Shown here piece by piece: positions 35,728 to 64,000 of a DNA stretch of 64,000 nucleotides (the stretch's first letter is position 1; each line of letters begins with the position of its first letter). The DNA lies in the NCBI GenBank assembly GCA_963693365.1, contig CAVNZM010000002.1, positions 3,302,259 through 3,366,258 on the forward strand. Reading direction: 5' to 3'. A program made the translations under genes and the position numbers. The stretch is from Amoebidium appalachense. Lineage: Eukaryota; Protista; Ichthyosporea. The notes under the pieces are model-generated. The model had not been told where the DNA came from and ran no database searches. It saw nothing but the letters and a program-made list of their open reading frames with translations.

Positions 35728-37318
35728 GTGTGTGTGTGTGTGAGCTTGCGGGCGCGCGCTTTCGTCACGGTAGTGGTGGTGTGTGTGTGTGCGTGTGTGT
35801 GGGTGTGGTCGGGGGAAGGGGAGGGGGAGGGGGGTATTGAAAGGGATTGTTTAGAAATGTTTGGAGGAAATGTGGGGGAGGGGAGAGAGGGAGGATATTG
35901 GGGGAGAGGGATGCAGATCGTGTCAAAATTATGGTTGAAACGGGGGTAATGGGGGAAGGGAGGGGATGGAGGGGGATATTTGATTTGTTGGCTGGATCTG
36001 AGCTCCAATTTGATTATGGATTAAACAAGAAAAACGAAGCACATACAAACACACAGAGCAGGATGTGTGCTTCTTCAAATCAGCAGCCATCTCCTCATAA
36101 CTTTCAATATCTCTCGTCCTTCGTCCTTTGGCGCTCCTTTTCTCCTTCCCCTCTTCCCTCCCCTCCTTCTCCCCCCCTTCTTTCCATTATCCCCCCCCCC
36201 CCCCCCCCCCCTTCCCCTCCTTCCACCCACCCACCCACCCACCCACCCATACACAACACACTCTCACCCTTTCTAACACCGTCCTCCCCCCTCTGTGCCC
36301 AGGTGCTCAAGCGTCTATCTGGAGGAGACAAGCCCATCAGTGAGAATGATATTGTGGAGTGGGTTAATGCCAGACTGGCTAAGGCCGGCAAAACTTCAAA
36401 GATCAGTTCATTCAAGGGTTTGTTTCCCTCCTCCTCCCTCCCCCCCCCTCCCCCCCCCCCCCCCCCCTCCCCCTCTCCCCGCCTGCTCGCCTCTCCTTCC
36501 TCCCATGTTCTACTATTGCTTGGGCCCACTTATGCAATGTGCGCGCACATACAAACAAGGTAATTCCTAAACCGGTGATCTTTCACGTGGATGGGGCATG
36601 ACGTCATATTGGCGCAACGTCGGTATGAATGTCACTGAGGATTCCAGCCGATGTCACCGAGTGCACTGTTTCGCTTTATTTATATAAGGGTATGTCTGCC
36701 TTTCTTTAGGAATTGCCATGCAAGATGTGCCGACGAGAAGTTTGACACACACACTTGCATGCACATATACACACAAAACACACTTCTCTCTCATGACCTC
36801 CCCCCCCCCCCCCCCCCCCCCCCTTCCCCCCCTCCCCCCGGACCCGTTCGTTCCACCCGTCCTCCTCCCCCTCGCCCTCCCCTTTTACGCACATTCATTT
36901 TGAGAGACATGCCACCACCACTACTTTGACCCGAAAAGGTACAGCCAGTGATATGAATTTGATACACACACACCAAACCATATCTCCACCTCCCATCCCG
37001 CAACATAACCCCCGTGTATAACCAATCAATCTCACCAATCCTTTCCCTTTCACCCCGGCAGATTCGTGCATCGCCGATTCCCTACCCGTGATCGACCTAA
37101 TCGACGCGATCAAACCCAAGAGTATCGATTACAACCTGGTTATCTCCGGGGCAGCCAATGAAAACGACAAGATGCTCAATGCAAAATATGCAGTGTCGAT
37201 GGGGAGAAAGATCGGCGCAGGAATTTACGCCCTGCCCGAGGATTTGGTTGAGGTTAAGCCCAAGATGGTTATGACGGTGTTTGCTTGTCTTATGGCTTGC
37301 TCATACAACGTCAAATAA
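27235..37318 (+). CDS. PLS: Fimbrin/plastin, actin-bundling protein (2 EF-hands + 4 calponin-homology domains), 14 exons, about 615 aa
   Basis: Exons 27235-27286, 28326-28486, 29000-29154, 29791-29901, 30391-30481, 30948-31064, 31597-31701, 32423-32536, 33057-33191, 34271-34385, 34885-34985, 35421-35639, 36303-36417, 37062-37318; total 1848 nt, all GT-AG. EF-hand loops [12 protein letters not shown] and [15 protein letters not shown] signatures [92 protein letters not shown]. Confidence 0.97.
31128..31210 (+). mobile_element. Intronic dispersed repeat family, copy G (internally deleted)
   Basis: CTCTGCTTATGATGCAT...TGTTGTCC...ATGTGCACTTC...CGCATT followed by a C-run. Confidence 0.5.
32720..32888 (+). 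mobile_element. Intronic dispersed repeat family, copy C (near full length)
   Basis: TCTGAGCTGGGTTTCGTCGACTAGGTGATTGG...TGTGGATGGCTTGG...CTGCTTATTATGCAT...CTCTGCATGTTGTTTTCCGTCATGGATGTGTAC...CTAAACCC aligns end to end with 53953-54127. Confidence 0.75.
33233..33876. mobile_element. Non-autonomous PIF/Harbinger-type MITE (644 bp) in plastin intron 9
   Basis: Left TIR GGGGCTCCCCACACTGCGCCGATGGAC versus reverse complement of the right end GGGGCTGTCCACACTGCGCCGATTGAC. Both ends flanked by ATT (33230-33232 and 33877-33879), a candidate 3-bp TSD. Subterminal TCCATCGGA/CTCCGAT/GATTGAC motifs, AT-rich core, no transposase ORF. Confidence 0.8.
33985..34060 (+). mobile_element. Intronic dispersed repeat family, copy F
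   Basis: TCTGCTTATTACGTGTATT...TGTGTGGTT...AATGTGTACTTCGTGC. Confidence 0.55.
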
Positions 37319-37866
37319 GTTCCGTTTATCTTATTTTTGAGCCTTCCTTTTTCTCTCTCTAGATCACTCTCTATATATCTCTCTCTCCAGTTGTGCTTTT
37401 TCCAGGTTACGCACTCCTGAGAAATAATGATGGGTTTGAATATATATATACAACAGAGACAGATATGGGATGTGTAATGTGTTTGATGGGTCCTCGGAAT
37501 GCGATACTATACGTGTGGGCTTCTGTTAAATTGATTTGCCGCATTGAATTGTTAGTGATGAAGTATTTTGAATACGGCTTCGTGCATGCATGGGTAGGCA
37601 AGCTTAGACTTACGAATTAAGTTTATAGAGCTTCCCTGCTTCTAAATATCTCTTTAAAGTACAATCGCATCCGTATGTCTCAGTTTTGGCATCTTTTTTT
37701 TCTCTTGTCCTCTTTCCTTTTTTCCGCCTCATTTCCTTTTCTTCCCGTCCTTTGCTCTCACAAGTCTGTAAAAGGCAATATGAAACGACTGTGTCGTTTG
37801 TGGCCTCTTTTTTTTTTTTCTTTTTTTTTTTTTCTTCTTCTTCTTTTTTTCTTTTGCCCCTCCCAC

Positions 37867-37907
<41 letters not shown>

Positions 37908-38845
37908 CCCTCCCGCGCTTTACTAGTCTGCACCAAGTTGATATGATGAGGCCATGAACCTGAAGAAATGTTGTCCGAGAATTTTTCAAAAAGAAAAATA
38001 TATCTCTTTTTAGTTCGTCTTTACACGATCCTATGCATGCAAGTGGCATTCTGAACCTTACATGCACAAATCGATCAAGGAGGCCCTGTTGATCTCTGTT
38101 CACTGTGTGTGGTGGGATTCCCATAGAGGAGGAGGAGGGGGGGGGGGGGGGGGGGGGGGAGACCGTGTGTGTGTGTGTGTGTGCGTACCTGGTTTCGAAG
38201 TGCTTGTACGCCTGAATTACGTAGTCCATGTTGTGCCAGTACGTGTGCGTCTGCAGCTGTCTGCATGAAAATGCACACTATGTCACAATGTGTGCACAGG
38301 CTGCATCACCAACTTCACACACATGTTTGTGTGCATACGTATGCTTCAAGTTATGTAGTAATAATAATTCTCAGTGGATGGGTTTTTATCTGATTCAGAC
38401 GTGACGCACGGCCCCGCGCCGTGGCACGCAACAAGGTGTCGCCTGCCCCTGAGCAACTGTGAGCCTTTACCAGGCTCCTCCTGAGTATTGTCAATCTATA
38501 ACGTGTGAGTTAAAATGACAGTGCGAACGATTTGACACCGTAATCATTTTGTGACTTGTCTGCTGATAAACATGTCCGGTGGCAGTAGTTGGCTGGCTAC
38601 GTCGACAAAGTACGTCAGCCCAGGAGTTAACGTTGCACCTGAACTTGAAAGGTCATTGGTTTTTGGAAATAGGATCCACATATCTATCTTGATTTTTGGG
38701 GAACCATAGGCACGTGTTCATAAATGTGGCACCGTCGGTGGGGCCTGGGGTGGCACCGTGTACTGTAACACGTGTGTGTGGGCACGCATGTGTAAGTGTG
38801 GGTGGGTGAGGGGGTGCTTTTTTTTTTGCGTGTGTGTGTGCGTGC

Positions 38846-38897
<52 letters not shown>

Positions 38898-39109
38898 AGA
38901 TCGTATGTACTCGTATCATATGGCAGGAAGACGTACTAATCTTAATAGCTGCCGGTGTACATACGGTGGTGGTGCGTGGCAATGGTGAGGGTTTAATGAC
39001 TTAAAGGGTCAGCAGCAAGCACAAATTTAGAGTGGAGGTGAGCGTTGGACCCATAAATTAAGGTACCTTAAATGAGAAAGTGTGGTGCCACTGGGTCGGT
39101 GGGGGAAAA

Positions 39110-40817
39110 TGTAACGTACCAAAGTCCGATCGTGAGAGGTACTAAGAAATCTGTATGCCTAAACCGAAGTGATCTATTTTTCCCCATGAATCGGGTTTAT
39201 TATATACCCGAGGCTCGAGTCCCAGACTCATCCATTTCAACCAATCACAGCCAACTACGTGCACTAAGCTGAATACCAGTCATACCAATTCTATCAGCTC
39301 CATACCTTACTAAACTCAGCCAATCCTACATTACCACGTCATATACCAATGAAATACCTCCGTACCACTGGTTCCCGACTCCTGACTTCCGAAGTTCCGA
39401 GTCCTACCACCACGTGTACAATTGTAATATCGCCTGAGGATAATATCCATTTGATTTGCCTATGAGCATAATATCTTCCGATTCTCACACTCTCCCTTGC
39501 TCTAGGCAATATCAAATCTACATAATAGTACTCCACTCACTCAGCACACACTGACACATGCTCTCCCTGAACGTGCCACAGTGCACAATGTTTCACACAA
39601 CGAACAACTACTTGATTCAGTACTCTCCCTGAACCCAACACAACGTGCCTCATGCACCCAGCAAATTAACTAAAACGGTAGCAAATTTATGTCGTATTGG
39701 TCATACATACTGCCAGTCACAGCAACGGTGGCATACTTCCTTGTTGCTCTAGCTCTTGACCGTGATCATGAAGTCACATGTACGCCCGTCAAACGACATA
39801 ACCGGTTGCCCGGTACTCAGCACACCCCAGGCGTACTTGCTCCTCTCTCACCAGACGCCCAACCATGGGGCAGACTATCCGAGACACAGCAGTCTCAACT
39901 CGGCACAGCGGCCCACAACGGTAGAAAACCCATTCGACCCACTCAGTGTACCACACCACGCGCGCACTCTCACACTCGGCAAAACGCCCGACCTCAGTGA
40001 CTCTTCTTCACAGGGTCCAACAAACGCCACACAGCAAACGCTAAACGGCTCACGCCCGGCAAAACGCCTCGACTTTAGCAGGGTCCGCCACACACGGCAC
40101 ACACTCGACGACTTACGTCCGGCAAAAACGCCTCGACCTCAGTGACTCTACTTCACAGGGTCCAACAAACACCACACAGCAAACGCTCAACGGCTCACGC
40201 CCGGAAAAACGCCTCGACCTCAACAGGGTCCGCCACACACGGCACACACTCGACGTAATACGTCCCGGCAGAATGCCTCGACCTCAGTGACTCCACCTCA
40301 CAGGGTCCCACAAACGCCACACAAGGCAAACACTCGACGTTGGCCACACGTCCGCCGCAGGTTCTCGACTAACGCCACACACACAACTTGACCACTCTCG
40401 GCGGCCCCACCGGACTTGGTTTGGAGCGGCGAAGGATGCAAACAAATTGTTCCGGAAAATTCGCGAATGTCAGAAATCTGTGTGCACCAAAAGCTACCCT
40501 AGACCGGGGTTTATTATATACCCGAGGCTCGAGTCCCAGACTCATCCATTTCAACCAATCAAAGCCAACTACGTGCACTAAGCTGAATACCAGTCATACC
40601 AATTCTATCAGCTCCATACCTTACTAAACTCAGCCAATCGTACATTACTACGTACATCATTTCGTATACCAATGAAATACCTCCGTACCACTGGTTCCCG
40701 ACTCCTGACTTCCGAAGTTCCGAGTCCTACCACCACGTGTAAAATTGTAATATCACCAGAGGATAATATCCATTTGATTTGCCTATGAGCACAATATCTT
40801 CCTATATTATTCTCAAA
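39110..40817 (-). mobile_element. Degenerate non-autonomous LTR-retroelement-like unit with no coding capacity
   Basis: Direct repeats of about 290 bp (39193-39479 and about 40508-40802; 8 substitutions and one 9-nt indel by eye). On the minus strand the left copy runs TGTGAGAA (39489) to GTTACA (39110) and is preceded by the purine tract AGAGCAAGGGAGAG (39490-39503). The repeats hold four CCAAT words and TATATAA. No PBS or TSD found. Confidence 0.6.
39977..40345. repeat. 145-bp tandem repeat, about 2.5 copies, inside the LTR-like element
   Basis: GACCTCAGTGACTC...CACAGGGTCC recurs at 39990, 40135 and 40280. Each unit has two related sub-repeats (CGGCAAAACGCCTCGAC...CAGGGTCC). Confidence 0.9.
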
Positions 40818-41824
40818 GGTAGTGATGTGAGATGGATGGGGGGGGAAGACGTGGGTTATGGCCATGGGCCCCGGGGTTGATTGATTATTGCTTGGTTTTG
40901 AAAGAGAGAGAGATTCTTCGAGGTTCAAGTGGATATTTGAGGGGAAGGATGAATAGGTAGACGTACAGTAAGAGGTCCGAGGGAAGCGGGAAGTAAAGAA
41001 TAAATAAAGCCATGAATCATGCTCGGTAATCGGTCCGCAATATCGACTCACACACACACCACCACAAATCCAACCCCCCTCCCTCCCTCCCCCCTTCCCC
41101 CCCCCTCCCCTCCCCCCCCCCCCTCCCCCCCCCCCCCCGCCCCACAAACACACACACACAACCCCCCCACCCACCAGCATTATAATCTGATTAAACTGGT
41201 GTACTAAACATATGGGCTATGTGAGTGGCAACAGCCAAAGTCGCGGCCGCAGTAATACTGTGTTTGTGTAGCACTACTAGTGGTGGACATAGAAAACTGA
41301 TTTCATTCACATCACATTGCTCGCAACGTGGTCCAGGATATTATTGATCCTAACAATCATCGTCACGGTGGTCCTATTCTCTGTGTTTTGCTTGGGCTAA
41401 AGGGTTTCTTCCAGCTTATAATTATGCAAATAAACCATTTAGTAATTAAATTCGGAACTTTTACACCATGTTAATTTGGTCAAGGATTGGCGTGCCTAAA
41501 ATATTATGCTGTGATCTCCTTTTTTAGCGCAAATGAAATAAAAAAGTACTTTAATAAGATGCAATGCCAACATAACCGTTGTGAAAAGTTTTCATAAAAC
41601 AACAAAAAAAGTAGGAATATCGATATCGAATCAAACAGGATGGCAGCGAAACACGCATCTTACAGGGTCTTAGTGGTGGCGGGCCGGGGGGAGGGGGGGG
41701 GGGGGGGGGGCAAGGGGGCTGCTATCTTGACACGGCTGGCCCGTAAGGGGAAGTAGGACCGGGTGATCGAGTTTTGGGTGTATGTGGTGAGTGGGTGGGT
41801 GGGTTGAAGGTGAAGGGGGGGAGG

Positions 41825-41858
<34 letters not shown>

Positions 41859-42019
41859 CTCAGGAAGGGAGAGCAGGCGGACTCCGAGTCGGGAGAAACG
41901 TTGCATTGGCCCTGCGGCATTCACGGGGAAACTGTATGAAGGTCACGGCGTGTGTGTGTGTGTGCGTGTCCGTGTGTGCGTGTGTCACGGTATGTGTGTC
42001 TGTCTGTGTGTGTGTGTGC

Positions 42020-42113
<94 letters not shown>

Positions 42114-42170
42114 CGGGGTTTGCATGCATGTGACGGTGCGCGTGTCTGTATGACGGTGTGTGTGTCTGTC

Positions 42171-42236
<66 letters not shown>

Positions 42237-42339
42237 ACCCTTGTGCAAGAGTGTGTACATATATATCATGATACATATGTGGCAATGTGTGACGCACGAG
42301 TACACGACGTACATACACACACACACGGCACACACACGG

Positions 42340-42410
<71 letters not shown>

Positions 42411-42541
42411 GACAGTGGTGACACTGAGTGTGTACACACACGGCATACAGATGCACCCATGGTTACCCACTCGCGGAAAAACGACACATTCATGCACGCA
42501 AGCACGCTCACGCACAGGCACGCACCCGCATACAGTTGCAT

Positions 42542-42573
<32 letters not shown>

Positions 42574-43577
42574 AGACATGGAGAGCTGGCAGGTAGGGTA
42601 ATCTTTGCAAGTTTTAATTCATGTGCGTCATTTATTCCGTTGGTTTCCCACGCAGTGTCATATGCAGGAGTGTACAGGACGTCCATGCTTGTGATGCAAC
42701 GGAAACAATTCGAAAACCCGCCAACACAATCGCTGGCCGGACTCTGCAAAATCTCAAACACGACGTAAAGCGAGCAGCCTTTCTCGTGCCTCTAGACCAC
42801 TCTCAAAGGTGTAGGCGAAGTTTTGACCGTGCACGTATGTGACTAAGTTACGAAGAAAGAGGAGAAAGAGGCCGTGCATTACGGTAGAAGTAAGTCAGAA
42901 TGGCTGACACGTCTTGGCCTTCCATCCAGCTTATATACGAGTAGATTATAGTAGGGTCTACGTTACAAGGGCAGTCCTTTCAGTGGCGTTCACGAATGTG
43001 ATCGGAGAGGAACGCAAGAGCATGAGGCCATGCAAAGGCAAAACCAAACATGCATGGGAATACAACTGGTATCTAGGTACACCTGTCGAACAAGAAAGAG
43101 AAATGTGACCTGCTTTGAAGTTATTGGTTGTGTTATCAGGGGCCATGAAGGTCTTTTTCCCAAGTCACAGAGAAAACTGCTGGGGCCGAGCCACGGCGGT
43201 GCCGCCCAGCCCACGGTTTGCGCAAACGTGACAGTTACGTTATGTTGGAATGCGATTGAAATGTGGAGCTGCCGCGATATGATTGGTCTATTTTATACCA
43301 GTGGTCAGGTGACTGCGAAGATGTTTTTTACTTTGTTCTAGCAATGAAGTGTCGTTGTGGGTGGTAAATGTTAGGTTAGAGATGTAAGTTGTATTAGGGC
43401 TTTTTCAAAAAGTCGATGTTAGTTAGCAGGATTAGCGCCTATAGCAGGCCAACGCGCCAGACCCATTTCCTTTTCCTCGCTTGTTTCTTGTCTTAAGTAT
43501 TTCTACACCACAAGTAACCGAAGTGCACATCTCAGCTAGATGATGATACAACGAGGGGTTCGTAACCGAACGCAACG

Positions 43578-64000
<20,423 letters not shown>

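Noticed and set aside
39058-39071. Palindrome TTAAGGTACCTTAA as a piggyBac footprint
   Set aside because: Only 14 bp with no associated TIRs, compatible with chance.
39689-40145. ORFs inside the LTR-like element as gag or other genes
   Set aside because: Short, overlapping the tandem array, with no zinc knuckle, protease, RT or integrase motif.

Overview
Intron-rich eukaryotic genomic DNA. An animal-like plastin together with a prominin-family gene suggests a holozoan, possibly a unicellular one (inference only). Introns and intergenic DNA are packed with (CA)n/(GT)n, (CT)n/(GA)n and poly-G/poly-C runs, so nearly all ORFs in the supplied track are spurious. I assembled gene models by hand from splice sites and reading-frame phase. 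They are: the 3' end of an unidentified gene (3-167, +); a 5-TM prominin-family gene with a very long cytoplasmic tail (-, about 2.5-17.2 kb); a SMYD-like SET-domain methyltransferase apparently lacking the MYND finger and containing one GC-AG intron (+, 18555-24870); a small PY-motif/zinc-ribbon protein (-, 26034-26414); fimbrin/plastin (+, 14 exons, 27235-37318); and a giant golgin-like coiled-coil protein of more than 2500 aa with a Trp-containing 50-aa repeat (+, 43578 to beyond the window). Mobile DNA includes a PIF/Harbinger-type MITE in a plastin intron and a degenerate non-coding LTR-like element. The two most unusual signals are non-coding. First, an unnamed 170-210 bp dispersed repeat family occurs in introns of four different genes, in the sense orientation in every copy I found, usually ends in a C-run and carries hammerhead-like words. 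Second, (CA)n often abuts the 3' AG in place of a polypyrimidine tract while (GT)n/G-runs occupy the 5' part of the intron, so intron ends could base-pair. All alignments were done by eye and no database searches were run.
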